A DNA stretch of 64,000 nucleotides from Octopus vulgaris (GCA_951406725.2 OX597826.1:82274001-82338000); one strand, 5' to 3'. Counted from the first letter of the stretch, positions 13,914-28,674 are shown. Notes: generated from the sequence alone by a model not told the origin. Program-made: numbers and translations.

Positions 13914-15219
13914 ATAGAAACAAAGAAGTAGAGAGAGAGGAGAGAGAGGTAGAGAGAGAGAGAGAGAGAGAGAGAGGCGCATGTATAAACATGTGCATAA
14001 AACGAATTAAAATAAACAAGACCGGTATCCACAACATTATAATTTATCAATATTGCAGAACCTCACTATCAAAACTCTCAGTATCTCCCTCCTCTCCTCT
14101 TTCCTCCTCCCCTACTCCTGCTCCTCATCATCACATCGAAAACCACCACCACCACCACCACCACCACCGCCACCACCACCGCCACCACCATCGCTACCAT
14201 AATCCTCATCAACCTACTGTTCCTGCCCCTCCCCCCTCTTCGTCTTTTATAAAGAACAGTAATAATAAAAGCAACCGTATCAGAATTACATCTATAATGA
14301 AAATTGTATACAATGCAGATATACGATAGCAATCAAGCACACCGTCTACAACAACAACAACAACAGCAGCAGCAGCAGCAACAACAACAACAACAACAGC
14401 AACAACAACAGCAATAACAACAGCAACAACAGTGGTAGCAGCAGGAGGAGCAACGCCTGCGTCTATCAGAAGAACAGATGTTGCAACGGGAACGAGGTTG
14501 GAAAATAATAACACAATACATAAATAAATATATAAATAAAACAGAAAAATGAAAGAAAAAAAAGAACTTATAATAACAATGTAAGAAACATAACTGCACA
14601 GCAACACCAGCAGCAGCAGCAGCAATAATGGCAACAACATCAACAACAACAACAACAACTACATGTTGTTAGTAGGAATGAGAAATATCTGACAGATGAA
14701 ATTCTGTAATTGACGGCAAACGTAATGCAGTCTAATCAGTGGCTTTCTGCAACAGATCCCTGAATATTTTAACTGAAAAACAAAAGCTAATATAATAATT
14801 TCCAGAGGTAATTATCTCAATGGCACCGAATTTTGACACCTTAAAAACCAGGCCGAGATCCTTCAATATATTCGTTGCAATTTCGATGTCAAACAACGGA
14901 AATTTAAGTTAAATTAAACATACATATACACACATATATATCGACATATGCATCAATATATGTTATTATTAAGTAGGATTTCAACTTCCATTTTTTTAAT
15001 TGCTTACTTCAGCGCGAAGCATACGCGGTTACGCACCCTCCTACAGACTTCAATGCTCACGCACATATACACGTATGTTATGGATGTGCTGAATATACAT
15101 TTGTATATATACATCCTGTGTCTATATACATCCGTGCGTGTATGTGTGAATTTGTGGTTAATATAGGCGTGTGGAGTGCACATGTGAGCATTTCGTTGTG
15201 CATAAAGTTAATGTAGTAT

Positions 15220-15259
<40 letters not shown>

Positions 15260-17712
15260 GTGTTTATTTATGTGTATGTGAGTGTACATGCATATGTGCT
15301 AACGTGTAGCTAACTTTCTGGCATTTCTAGGAACGGTTTGTGGGTGAATGACACACCAAGGAATGTTGGGGTGGGATCAACTCTGCCATGCATACCTGTT
15401 TGGCTAATGTCAGCCCAGAAATGCATTGAGAGTCTATATGGATGTCGACTACTTCAACAGCTACATTTTGAATTTAGAACTGTTCAATGTACAGGACTGT
15501 GTATATGATATATGGCTCCCTACCCAAGGAGACACACAAGAGCTGGGGTTTACCATGACTCGTCGCGCCATGCCAAAAATCTCTACCTTACTGCTGTTGT
15601 CTTTGATACACCTAATTTCCACGTTCTGTGTTTCTACCAAAAGCATAATTTAACTGAACAAACTTCAATGGCAAAATATAACGTCCGATATGTCGGACAA
15701 GACAGTAGTGACCAGTAAAGCCGACCTTACATTGAGCAATCGCAGTAGAAATAAATGGAATCTGTCCGTAATGGATATTTTGTTCTTGTGCCCTTGCCAT
15801 GAAATGATTAGCGAAGTTTGGTGTATGTTCCCTCTTACGTCGCGCGTAAAACGAATCGAGACTCGGGTGAAAATCCACTCTTCATCTAGGTTTGAAAAGA
15901 AAGGGCTGGTACATCCTTCTCTACCTGGAGGCTCAGTCGTGGTAACATCATAAACGTTTTGTTTCCCGTATCCGAAGATGCCCAAGATATGGATTTTCCT
16001 CTTGTCAACTTCTTCAAGTATCATTTAAAGAGGAATGTAAGGAAAAAGAGGAAAATGTTCACCCGCAGTAGGTTCAATGAATGGTAATGGAAAGGGGTCA
16101 GATAGGAGGGGTGAAATGAGTGTACTCTTAGGTGTAAACATTAAAAGGAGGAGAAAAGAAACTGAAAAGGCGCACTTTTGACGCCTTGGATTTGACACGA
16201 GTTGTCTGGGCTTTTGCGTAGCGGATCCTCTGAATTCCTTTGGACGCTTTTCTCGTATTGGTGAATTTTTCTTTTCTGTCTTTTTCTTTGCTTTCGTTTT
16301 GGTCGGAGAAAACCCAAATGTGTATTTGCATTTCATTTTTGTATTGACCAACAATATTTCTGGATACCGCTTCTTCCATGCGGTATGCCTGGGCCTCGTA
16401 AGCCACGGCACACCGAATCCTTTTGCGAACAGTGATGACAGTAGAAGGGCCGCTTCAACAAAAGAAGTGAAAGAACAGAGGTTACCGTTTGAGGCAAGGC
16501 ACGGCATTTAAACGGTGAAATATTACGGGGGTAACGTACGTGTTGGCCACTTTCTTTTGCAACACAGAACCGGAAATGCTTTGTTCTGTTGCCTGATGCC
16601 GTTGATGTTTGCTAGAATACCTGCGAATAGCTTTATGTCATAAGTATAAATCTCGAATGACAACCATCCGATTTGTGCCTTGTGCGGCCAAATATTATTA
16701 TCCGTACTTCAGTTAGAGTTATCAGCATTTCGCAGTACTCTGCGTCTTTGGGCGAAAGCAGGAGTGCTCCATTGCGGTAGGTTCTGATATCATAAATCCT
16801 TTCTCACCCTCCGTTTAATAAAATAAATATAGAATATACAATGGCTAATTATATATTCAGCCATACACTGACATATAGACCGCAGCGCAATAACTGAAAG
16901 TGGTTCGAACAATGAAAATGATATGCATAAACTTTGATTTTAAGTGTCTCTTTTTCTGCGACATTATCCACGCAAAAGGAATCTTGCTGCTCCTTTGACG
17001 TGGGATCTGCAAATTCAAGGGTGATTACTTTAGCTTATCTTTTAGTTTCTTTCCGTTGCAAAACTCGCGGCTGCCAAACGTGTGTGAACTACGCGCTTAT
17101 GTTAATTACTTTATTGTTTATTCTTGTTTTATTTTATTAGTATTTACTAAGACATAAACGAAACATGGTTTTATTATTATTAATATAGTAAGAATCTTGA
17201 AAAATACATTTACAATGCTAAGTATGTACAAAAGAATTTATTGTAAAAAATCTTTGGCCAATATATTTACGGCTTTTAGAAATTGGGAAGTAAACTAGAA
17301 AGTAATCTGAAGCAGTCGCCCTTTAGGGGGTTGGATCAAACGCCAAAGTAGCAGCGGAATCTTCTTTCAAAAAGTCAGAAATATTGAGAAGGTGTATAGA
17401 CACGAGGGGATGATAGAACGGGTGCGAAGGAATATATTCCATTTTGTTAGAGATGTAGCAACAGTCTCTAACAAATAGTGTCATTGGAACTCCTTGGTTG
17501 AGTATTTTGGATTTACTCTACTGTACACTTCAATAATCCATTGAATCTATTCAAGTAGTCGACCGATTTCTTTATGTCTTTAAAAAAAAAAAAGGTGGTT
17601 CAGTGTCATTCGAACGCAGATCGTAAGCAATCGGAACAAACTTATCAACTCATTTCATTGGACGTAATTACAGATCGCGAGTATTTAAATGAATTACATA
17701 TTAGAAAAAGGT

Positions 17713-17766
<54 letters not shown>

Positions 17767-18114
17767 CAGGGAGAGAGAGTAACAGATTGATCATTTCTCG
17801 GTCAGACGAAATCGAGAAACTTTTCGATTCCTTCCATTTGCGTCACTGTCGTCCTTGACAAGGATATAATTGGAATTAAAGTAGGACAGAAGCTTACTCT
17901 AACATGTAATCTCACATTTCTGTTCAAACATTACGTGTTATAGCCAACATAGAAATATTTTTGCTTAGATTTCAAGTCGGTAAACTAATTTATACATTAG
18001 TATTGCTTTGGGAAGTGTTACACAGTTGCATCTACAAGAAAAATAGCTTGATCGTTGAGATAGGGCAGCAGACTGACACGCATACGAATATACATGCATA
18101 CACACATACAAACG

Positions 18115-18157
<43 letters not shown>

Positions 18158-18277
18158 GTATATAAGTATTTGTATACATTTTGTGTGTATATATATATAG
18201 GTATACATACACACACACACACACACACACGCACACACGCATACACACACATATAAACATATATATATATATATTTA

Positions 18278-19482
18278 CCAGGTCATCCCATAAGTTCTGT
18301 CCGAATTTTGAATAAAGAAAACAAGTGATCAAATGTTATACTTAATTGAAATGTAATAATCAATGTACTTTCCCTGATTATCTATGACTTCCTTCCATCT
18401 ATTTACAAGCTTTTTAATCCCATCAATGTAAAACTCTTTTGGTTTCAAAGCGAAGAACTCTGAAATGTCAGTTACGACCTCCTCTTGGCTTGCGAAAGTT
18501 ACGTCCCCACAAATGATTCTGTAAACTATGAAACAAATGGTATCCTGAAGGAGCAAGGTTGGGAGAATAAGGTGGATGAGGAAATTTTCCCAACCAAGCT
18601 CTTCTATCTTCTGTGATGTGATCTTTGCAGTGTGGGGTCGTGCATTGTCCTGATGAAATATCACTCCTTTTCGATTCACTAAAGCGGGTCGTTTTTCTTC
18701 AAAGCTTGGTTCAAACGCCCTAATTGCTGACAGTAGACTTGAGCATTGATTGTTGCATTAGGTGGTAACAATTCAAAGTGAATTACTCCTTTGCATTGTT
18801 ACCAGATAGAGAGAAGAACCTTTTTCCCATGAAGTTCCCTTTTCGGTTGTGGTTGAACGTTTTCCTTTTACCAAGCCACTGTTTACGACGTTTAACATTT
18901 CGATAAAAGATCCGTTTTTCGTCACTAGTCAGAAGTATATCTAAAAAAGGTTAAATGAGTACTCGAGATTTGCGGTTGCTTTCAGACAATTCATGAGGCA
19001 CCCATTTTTCAAGTTTAGGAACCTTTGCAAGTTAAGTTGTTGAAGATGACGATGAACAGTTGTATGGTTTGAACTAAGCTTTATTGCCAATTCTTCAACT
19101 GATAATGCAGGATTTTCTTCGAGTAATGCCTCAAGGAGCTTATCATCAAACTCAACTGGACGTCCTGTTCGATCTTCATCTTCAAGGCTGAAATCTCCAC
19201 TTCTGAATTTTGCAAACCATCTTCTGCAAGTTCTTTCATCCAAGCATTCTTTCCCATAACCTGAGTGTATGTTTCGAGTCACATGGGCTGCAGAGTTTCC
19301 TTTTTTTTTACTCCTGAAACATTATGTTAGAAATGGTTTTAATCAGAGAAATTTCAATTCTATTATCCTGTAAAATAATATTTAATTAGTTTAAATGTAC
19401 ACAAATGCATAAAGATAATTTTTAATTCCATTCAATTTTAAAAAAAAAGGTAAGATCGGACAGAACTTATGAGATGACTTGA
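18278..19482 (-). mobile_element. mariner DNA transposon, near full length (~1.2 kb), with ~27-bp TIRs and TA flanks; transposase is a pseudogene
   Basis: TIRs ccaggtcatcccataagttctgtccga (18278-18304) and tcggacagaacttatgagatgacttga (19456-19482), each flanked by TA. The ORFs contain the HTH (RRWFAKFRSGDFSLEDEDRTGRP), WVPHEL (frameshifted), HQDNARPH and HPPYSPNLAP. Confidence 0.95.
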
Positions 19483-19610
19483 TAGCTATCTATCTATCTG
19501 TCTATCTATATACATACATACATACATACATATATATATATATATAGCATGATGGTGCTACAATTATTATCCTTCATTATAAATATACATGTGTATATAT
19601 ATATATACAT

Positions 19611-19736
<126 letters not shown>

Positions 19737-20235
19737 TTATATGTACATACATGCTGAGGGAGTGAATGACGGGGAAGAGATCAGCAGCGTGATGAGGTAC
19801 GTATCTATATATATATATGAATATATACGTGTGTGTGTGTGTGTACAGCTTTAATTGATATATATTCATAAGCCAAGTTGTGTGGGTGGTACTCTGATAT
19901 TCTCCGTCGCCAACCTTGTATATTCCAGCGAAGGAGTATGTGTTTAAGTAGACTTCATTTAGTGTTGTTAGTAGTTTGGTGGTGAGGGGGGGGCGATGGA
20001 ATGTCTTTTAACAACCTCATAGCTTACTTCCATTCTCATTGAACCCGCGTGCTAAACTTCAAAGCGAGGCTCCGTTTTCTCAGATGTGCGTCTCCACATC
20101 TATTTACTTATAATCAATGTTGTATTGTTACTCTAACTACACACACATACACACACACACGTGCGCGCGTATATATATATATATATATATATACATACAT
20201 ATATATATATATATATATACATACATATATATATA

Positions 20236-20464
20236 TGGGGTGTTCAAAAAGTCTCTCCGCAGTGAATCTTTTTCATCCTGACTCTCCAAGATGTATTTCA
20301 AAAGGTGTAGAAGAGTCAACTTATGTATTCGAAATGAAGGACGACACTTTCAACACCTCTTCTAAAGTCTTGTAATGTCTAACATATTCTTTTGTAGTCT
20401 TATACCATCTTATAGGTATTTATTTTGCAATAAAACACTGCGGAGAGACTTTTGAATCACCCTG
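20236..20464. mobile_element. Tc1/mariner-derived MITE (229 bp)
   Basis: About 29-bp TIRs tggggtgttcaaaaagtctctccgcagtg / cactgcggagagacttttgaatcaccctg, TA flanks, no ORF. Confidence 0.85.
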
Positions 20465-21043
20465 TATATTACGGTAACGACCAGACTCTCAGGCACTATA
20501 CATGGCTAGTCGAAAAGAGGTTCGCATTATTACAGCTTCCCGATGAAGTTAACCTATCGATTAGGCAAGCAAACAACCCACTCGCAAAAAGGAAGACCAG
20601 TTAATCTATGGGTTACCTATTAAGAGAGATATGGAATGTAGCAAGTGAAACGAAATATTTTGCTCCAGAACATAACGCCCAGACGTCCTGGTAACCAGAA
20701 ACACTATCTAGCGATCGTTAGCGCAACACAGTGGTGATCATCGTATGAGACAATGAACACAAGGGGAATAATACAAACTGATCCTTAAAAGTAAAGCTAG
20801 ACAAACGTCTTAAAGCCGTAATGGGGCAGGAGTTAGCGAGCTACCTACACTCATCGGAAATGATCAGCGACCCTTGCTGAAGAAAAGTATAAAACTCCTA
20901 AATTCCATTCAAAACGTCCTTGAAGGACGACGCCATTGTGAGTATGAGTGTTAATTGAGAATCAAATGACGGGTAGAATAGTATTTGTGTGCGAGTTCAT
21001 TTCTTGGTTAAGTCGCTATATATGTATGTATGTGTGTACACAC

Positions 21044-21088
<45 letters not shown>

Positions 21089-21134
21089 CATATGTATATA
21101 TGCGTGTGTGGTGTGCGCCTGTATGTGTGTGTGT

Positions 21135-22049
21135 TAAATAAAATGAGAAACAAAGGACCGTTATAAAGAGAAAGTTAGTCTTACAGCTGTTTCTGGGATA
21201 TTAGGAATACCCATTTCACCAGAGACGACGTGAGATGGCGAAATATAGGGAAATAGTAGAGTTCAATATGAGGAGTTATTTGGGAAAAAGATGGAAATAA
21301 GAAGTATAAAGGGAAATAAGAGAATAAAAGTAAAAATAAAAATATTGTAGGGTGTTATAGTTGCAGTTCCATTATCCAAGGAAAGTGGTGTGTAGAAATG
21401 GTAGAAATGCTTCTGGTCCGTGATATGTAAATTCCGATAAAAGTTCATATTTTGTTATTACGAATGGAAATTGTGGAGACGGATATTCCACGTTCCGTTC
21501 AATCGAAGCTCGATCCTTAATTATATCTTTTAATTCATTACTTTGAGCAATGATTGGTAGATTTGCTTTGGTAATGTTGAATATATTCTGGTGACATGAG
21601 TTGTGTGTTACTATAAATGGTATGACTTGTTCCTCTTTTCCTCTTCTACGGGTTGTCCTCAGTTGTTGTATGGGTATTTTTCTAGTCTGCTTTATACCAT
21701 TTCCCATAAGTAGAGACGGGTATTTTTGTTTGAGCATACATTCTCTTAGTTCTGTTAGGCATTTGTTCCTGATATTCGTATCTTCTAGAAGGCTCCACAT
21801 TCTTCTGGCTAGGCAGTGTGTGATGTTGCGTTTTATGTATGGTGGATGGCACTAGTTAAAATTCAGGTATTGATGTCTATGTGTTTGTAGCATGTATCTG
21901 TGTAACGGTGGCGTCCTTTTTAATGAGCATTACATCTAGGAATGGCAATTTGGTACTACTCATCTCCTTTGTAAATTGGAGAGATGAATATAGGTTGTTG
22001 AAGATATTGAACTCTTCCTGAATATTTAGGGATTCTGTCCAGATCATGA

Positions 22050-22050
<1 letters not shown>
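21135..22050 (-). mobile_element. Penelope-like element remnant (RT domains 6-7 and thumb, plus 3' region with a hammerhead)
   Basis: FNIFNNLYSSLQFTKEMSSTKLPFLDVMLIKK and LTELRECMLKQKYPSLLM...IPFIVTHN are typical Penelope RT/thumb motifs. A hammerhead motif lies downstream on the same strand. Confidence 0.85.
21178..21226 (-). ncRNA. Minimal type-I hammerhead ribozyme motif (core variant CUGGUGA)
   Basis: Minus strand reads gtct CTGGTGA aa-tggg-tatt-cct-aata-t-ccca GAAA cagctg TA agac. Stem I is gtct/agac, stem II is present, stem III is the palindrome ACAGCTGT, and the cleavage triplet is GUA. Confidence 0.75.
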
Positions 22051-22090
<40 letters not shown>

Positions 22091-22092
22091 GT

Positions 22093-22248
22093 AGTTCAAA
22101 TTCCGCCGAGGTCGACTTTGCCTTTCATCTTTTCGGGGTCGATAAATAAAGTACCAGTTACGCACTGGGGTCGATGTAATCAACTCAATCCCTTTGTCTG
22201 TCCTTGTTTGTCCCCTCTATCTTTAGCCCTTTGTGGGCAGTAAAGAAA
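22093..22248 (+). mobile_element. tRNA-derived SINE, family 1, 5'-truncated, type-A tail
   Basis: agttcaaattccgccgaggtcgactttgcc...tttagccctttgtgggcagtaaagaaat, nearly identical to 47276-47432. Confidence 0.88.
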
Positions 22249-22550
22249 TATATATATATATATGTAGTTTGATTCAAGAGGAGAGTAAGCAGCTCGACAA
22301 GTATTGTAATAATAAATACCAGAATATCGCTTCTTTGGACAGCAGTGATGGAATGATTCTACTGTCGTAGATTGAATAAAAGAAGTGGACTTGGAAATTC
22401 CACCATTGTTACCGAATACACCATCCACCTGAATAAGTCCGGAAATTACTAAGGGCAAAATGTTGTGACAATAACAATGACAAGGTTAGGACACTATTCT
22501 GCTTGTATCAATGTAAAATAATGGTAAGTTTTCTCAGAAATTCAGATATT

Positions 22551-22628
<78 letters not shown>

Positions 22629-23173
22629 TATGTGTGCTTGAGTGTGAGGTCTTGAGTGTGTGTGTTTGTGGTTTTATATATATATATATATATGATGCGC
22701 GAGAAATAGATATATGCGATTCTAATGATAGCTCTTTGTACTAATATAAGTAAATATAATTTATGTGTATTGGGAAAAGATATCTATTTGAAGGCTCTCC
22801 TCTCTTTCTTTCTCCGCTTTATATGCACACATCCATACAGGGGAACCACTATACTCCCTCATATGTCCATGTGTTTGTATGTTTGCGAGTTTGTATTTCG
22901 GTACTCATTCCAACGCTTTCGCATTTCACTCAATTTACATGGCAGGTAGGTGAGCAGAGCAGAATTTTCCATACAATAATTGGTTAGGTTAAGAAGTGTG
23001 TTATAGAATAAATTAATCATGGTTCTAGAAGAATGGTTATGAAATGGTAAGTGAGAACTTATCTAAGCGGAATAATTCATCTTCCTCAATTTCCCTCCAT
23101 TACCTATAGCCAGGTAACAGTTTTTCATTACTTAAATACAGACAGCAGATTGAGATAGTAATAATAGTTCACG

Positions 23174-23238
<65 letters not shown>

Positions 23239-23587
23239 ATATGTGTGTATTTACTCGAGGAAGCTCACACAAAAGAGGCAGATGCGCATTTGTGTGTAAA
23301 CAAGCGCTGGTAAGCATTTGTACATAAATATGTATATATGCACAGGCAAACGTATAACGTGTACGCACACATTTGTGTTGGAAATATTACATACACACAC
23401 ATGCACACACACACATATATGTATATATGTATATACATACCTATATACATATATATATATGTATATACATACTTGTATACTATATATGTGTATATATATA
23501 TGCATATGGATATACATACAGGCATGAATATAAGTTTCCGTAAGTTATTACATAGGTATGTAATAACAATGATGATGATAATGAAGA

Positions 23588-23689
<102 letters not shown>

Positions 23690-23702
23690 AATTAATAACA
23701 AT

Positions 23703-23815
23703 TCTTTCTACTGTGGGCCTGAAAATTTAGACAGGTGGTAGATAGTCAATTGCATCGATCCGGTACTCATTTGGTGATTATTTTATTGATCAGGAAAGGA
23801 TGAAAGTCAAAGTTG
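23703..23815 (-). mobile_element. SINE family 1 fragment, type-B tail ending in a trinucleotide run
   Basis: Reverse complement of gactttcatcctttc...gatcaataaaataa...gatcgatgcaattgac...ggcccacagtagaaagaat. Confidence 0.6.
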
Positions 23816-26636
23816 TCTGACTCCATTGCATGTAGGCCTTCAAATATAGGACCATCTCGTTCGATATAACTCCATAAATCCATACCTGAAGAGTGACTAG
23901 ACTTTGAAGGAATCCGTTCAGATCAGTTTCGTTGTGTTGAGAGCATTTTGGACAGATCTGCTGGACGATACTTTAATGCCAGGAAGTTTTCCCCAAACAA
24001 CTAGTGACTGACAAGGATTTCTAGAAATTATTCTTTGCAGACCTTCACTGAAATTTCTTCCTATGTGACTAATCTATACATTCTCATCGACAGCTATTTT
24101 TCTGAAAGGAAGTTTTCGAATTTACACGCTGCTATTCTTCGATATATTGCTGAAATGGAACTTTCAGTGATCACATTGCGCTGCGTGTTGAGGCCGAGGT
24201 TTGCCTGACGATATTTCAGATGCTAGTTTCCTAATCTTGGTTTTTCGTGACCCTGGATCATAGAGACGACCGAGCTGTAGAAATATGTGTGCTAATGACG
24301 TGTGCTCGTTGGGGCGCGTATGTGGGCTGGAGTTCATCGCTTCTATATTTCTTATGCCTTTAACATACTACACTACATAAGTCATGTTGTCATATGACGA
24401 ATATCGTAGCAACTGGCTTATTGTCGGTGAATATACATTAAAGATGGTGAGGATGATGCTAGCATGTGTCACGCTTGAGTAATTGTGAAGACCTTTTTAA
24501 ACGAAACCATGAGTTGCCGGAAACACTGCGCTCACCAAGTACCTATTTAAATAATCGATTGGTTGAATATACATAGGTCTTGTGTATATATTAGATAGTC
24601 TCAGGTGGGAAATTGGCGGAAACAAATGGTATTGTTTGTAGTTTTAGAAGTCTTTTGACGGATCTGTCATGGTATCAACGGCTACATTATCCACTTTAAG
24701 TTTTTCCTTCTAAGACAGCAGTCTCATGTGGTTTCACCAACTCTTTCTCTCAGATCAATCGACTTTGGTAATTTTTCTTCATCGTATGTTAATGTCTCGC
24801 AGAAATCTTGGTTCCTCCATTGACTTTCATAAACATATCCCTTCTTGATAACGCATTACCTTGCACAAATGTTCATCAAAATGCAACCTAACGTATACAA
24901 GAGTTGGTGGAATGTATGATGGGTCTTTATAGGGATCATCAAATAGGAAGAAATAATATATAAGGTAACCTTGAGGTATGTTTTTGCTTCACACCTCTTC
25001 TCACTCACTTGTTAAATAAAAGGACTTGTTAAATATTGATGTCTACTTAACTGTTTCTCTCCCACCAAGTTTCTAGCGTGTGCTTCAGTTCGAAATTGTT
25101 ATTAAAAGTTGTATGGATCGCTATTTAAATATTGATTTCTAATAGGAAGATAATGAAAATTGATAGCGTGGAGGGGGGATGGTGATGGCGATGAAGGTGA
25201 GGTGGAATGATGGTCCGGGATGATATTATTTATGTAAATTAAGAGGTACAATGTAACGATAGATCTTACGTCGGCAACACACACACACGAATAAATAAAA
25301 TAAATACATGCACCGAGATATCAGATAGATTACTAAACTAGATATAATAAATCTTCTCAGGATTTCGTTCGCTGGAGATTCTGTTGGAAGATAGAGTGGC
25401 AACATGTGAAGGATTGGTAGATAAGATCGGAATTGCTTGTTCTTTGAATAGAGTTCTTTAATGTTTTGTTTGGATTCATGGCTAAAGTTGATTTAAATGC
25501 TAATGTGTCAATTAAGGATTAAATAGATAACTACTTAATATTCATATTTGTGTAGAGAGCAGGACTTGGAAAAAAAGTAGCCCCACTTTTCTCCATTTGG
25601 TAAGTTCTGAGATTATATGCTTAACAGAACATTTAAGTTATGGCGAAATAAAAATAGCAACTCAATTCACAAAAACAACAATACTGATGTTCAGAGTTGT
25701 AATATGTCTAAAAGGAATTCTTGAAGACAAAAGCTTCCATTTCTATCGGTCGTTGAACTTGAATGACGAAGAACACCGGTACAATGGAGAAAAACCGAAA
25801 ACTTGACCAAACCACAGACACAGGCATCTTTCTCTACTCGAGAATCGTCAGTGTCAAATTAAAGTCATTAGTTTCATTGCTGAGATGCTAGTCGACTTTC
25901 CGACTACATTTAAAACCAACCAGAAATTGTCTTAAATTCAAATAAAAATGTAAACAAATGCTATCGTCTCCATCAAACAACACTCATATACTTCTCTGTA
26001 ACCGACAGAAATGGCGGCAGAACATAAAAAGCTCAAAAATTATTTTAAAATCACAATCTGAACATAATTTTAAAAATGTCTTTAAGCTATTTTTAAGTAA
26101 CATACATTTATTGAATAAGTGTTATAAAAAAATCCCTTCACACCGTAGAAGTTACTGGACGATATATCTAGGAACTAGATAACCAATAATGCAAATGGTA
26201 ATATCTACACATGCTTTTGTACGGCTGCTGTCAGTATGAAGGAATAGCTTGGAATAATTTGGAGCGCATATAGCACGACCAAGCGGGTTTTTATCCATCT
26301 GGTTTTACCCACGTTACAGGAAAATATAAACAACATACAGCTCAGAATAGGGAAGTTAAATACAAACAAAATATAGAGTGAATAAAAAGTTCACAACATA
26401 CTAACAACATCGTATGAGGAAATTGACCAAAATGAATAGAGATTCTACTGTAAATATTGAGAGAAAATGATTAGCTCAAAAGAATGAGCACGAGACACAG
26501 AGAGAAAAATGGCCACAAATAAAATACCCAGAGAAAGTTTGGGAGAAATTTGACAGTTTGCGAAAAGGAGAAAAAACATCTCATTCAAATATGAAAGTAA
26601 TTAAAAAAAAGTAGATTATGTCTGAGAGATAACAGT

Positions 26637-26862
26637 TTATTGAATGTAGCCGCCCTCAGCTTCCAGCACGGACTCAGGACGCTTCCAGGCCCTACTGTAT
26701 TCGTTCCTGACCCCATCTCTTGAAAGATTTTCGAGCACCTCCTTCACCTTGATCACCAGTTCGACTTTGGTGTTGTAGGCAAAGCATTTGGTCTCTTTCT
26801 CAACCACACTCCACACATAATGCTCCATCGGATTACAATTGGGGTAATACGGAGGCCAGAAA
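26637..26862 (-). mobile_element. Tc1/mariner superfamily (maT/DD37D-like) transposase C-terminal fragment
   Basis: FWPPYYPNCNPMEHYVWSVVEKE...VLEAEGGYIQ resembles WPPxSPDLNPxDYxVW...GGxIE. Confidence 0.75.
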
Positions 26863-26950
26863 ATCTCTCACTTTCTCTTTCTCTGTCTTTCTCTCTCTCT
26901 CCCTCTCTCTCTTTATCTATCTATCTTATATATATATATATATATATTCA

Positions 26951-27352
26951 AGTTACAATAAGGGTTTTGAATAATTACAACGCTAGTCTCCTAGAAGTAG
27001 ACCCCAAATGGTCTAAGAACCACTTAGATTATTACTCCACTACCACAAGTTTGTAAGCGAGGGAAATAGACAGCGAGGATTTATAAAACAATTTGTAGAG
27101 TGCCATATGTATAGATTTCACGGTTTCAGTTATTAAAAACGCTTTCCGAAATACACACATACACACCGCCATAAGCACGTGCAATATCCATGGCTCTTCC
27201 CATGGATTCACGAAATTCAAAATCCAAGCGTCTCTTTCAACGATCTGGTTATTTATTCGGAATTGTTCTGCAGTAAATATGTCATAGGAGTGAATTTGGG
27301 GTCTACTTCTAGTAGACTGCCGTTGTAATTATTCAAAGCCCTTATTGTAATT
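26951..27352. repeat. Imperfect inverted repeat with ~59-bp arms (26951-27009 / 27294-27352)
   Basis: ttacaataagggttttgaataattacaacg...ctagaagtagaccccaaat versus atttggggtctacttctag...cgttgtaattattcaaagcccttattgtaa. Confidence 0.85.
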
Positions 27353-27949
27353 TTAATATAAGTGAACCATTATGGTATTTTAGTATGCTGGCCACTGATA
27401 AATTCATTAACTAATGATTTTATTCTAATTACGCATAAATATATATATATATATAAACACACAAGCACACATACAATGCATACACGCATACATACATTGA
27501 TGCATACATACTTAAAAGCATAAAAGCATCCATCCATCCATACATACATGCATACATACATACATACATACATACATACATACATAGAATGAAATGCAAA
27601 TTTGAGTTTGGCAGGACTTGAATACAGAGTGCCAAGAGACGAAAGCCATATCACCTTTTTGACGTGCGAATATATTAATTTGTCACCTAAATACGTCACA
27701 GAACTCTCCCAAAATGCAAGATATTTCGTTTGAAATACGTTGATATGCGAGTGTTCTCTTAAATCAATTCCAGCTCTGAGCCCAGGAACCGGTCGGGTTG
27801 ATTTTCCTCTTCATCTTTCATGGAAAAGCTTAGGGAGTATTTTGATTTATAGATATTACCTTAAAATTGTGAGCTTGTGTGTGTGTGTGTGGGAGGGGGT
27901 CGGTACTGAAGGACTGAAAGAGGCTAAGAGAGGGTGGGAGGAGAAGTGA

Positions 27950-28480
27950 AAAATTGAAAAATAAATGCAAAGGGAGGGAAATGTTGGAATGTGGAAGAAA
28001 AAACGAAGAAGCGAGAACACTGAAAGGAGTGAAAGAAAGGAAAATATGAATGCATAAAGGAAGAAAAAACGTAATTGAGAAAGAGGAAATAAAGGAATAA
28101 ATAAATAAAAGGAGAGAAAAGGAATAAGATATGAATTAAGAAAGACAGAAAAAACAAGAAGCGAGGAAATAAAGAAAGGAAAAAATACAAAAAAAAAGAA
28201 TGTAGAAAGAAAGGACGAAAGAAAGAAAGAAGGAAAGAAAGTAACACGGAAAATGAGAAATGACAAAAAATGAATAAAACGGAATGAATGGAGAAGGAAA
28301 AGGGAAAAATGAATGAGAAAATGGAGAAAACTGAAGGATTATAAAATGAAATTAAGAAACAAAAGGGAAGAAAGAAAATGAAAGGAAGAAGCAAAGAAGA
28401 AATGAAAGAAGGAGTCAGCAGAAAGAAAAAAACGAGAATTGAACAGAAGAAACCGATGTCGTTTAATAAAAATGGGTTGG
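27950..28480. repeat. Purine-rich (A/G) low-complexity tract
   Basis: About 500 bp dominated by A and G with degenerate GAAA units. Confidence 0.8.
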
Positions 28481-28674
28481 AAGAAACGAATGAAATAATA
28501 ATAGAGAAGACGACGACATCGGTGGTGCCCCAGCATGGTCGCAACTTTCGGACTGAAACATGGAAAAAAGAGTAAAGAAGTAAATATCATCTGTACATAC
28601 AAAGAAAAAAGAACCAAAATTAAGAGTTTTGCAGAAAGAGCAAGACGGAGTTGAACCAAATTCATTTATTTTTT

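Noticed and set aside
22420-22470. ctgaataagtcc...gggcaaaatgttg as a hammerhead
   Set aside because: Too many core mismatches to support a call.
25810-25855. Minus-strand ctgacga...gagaaag as a hammerhead
   Set aside because: G at the cleavage position and a weak stem I; likely chance.
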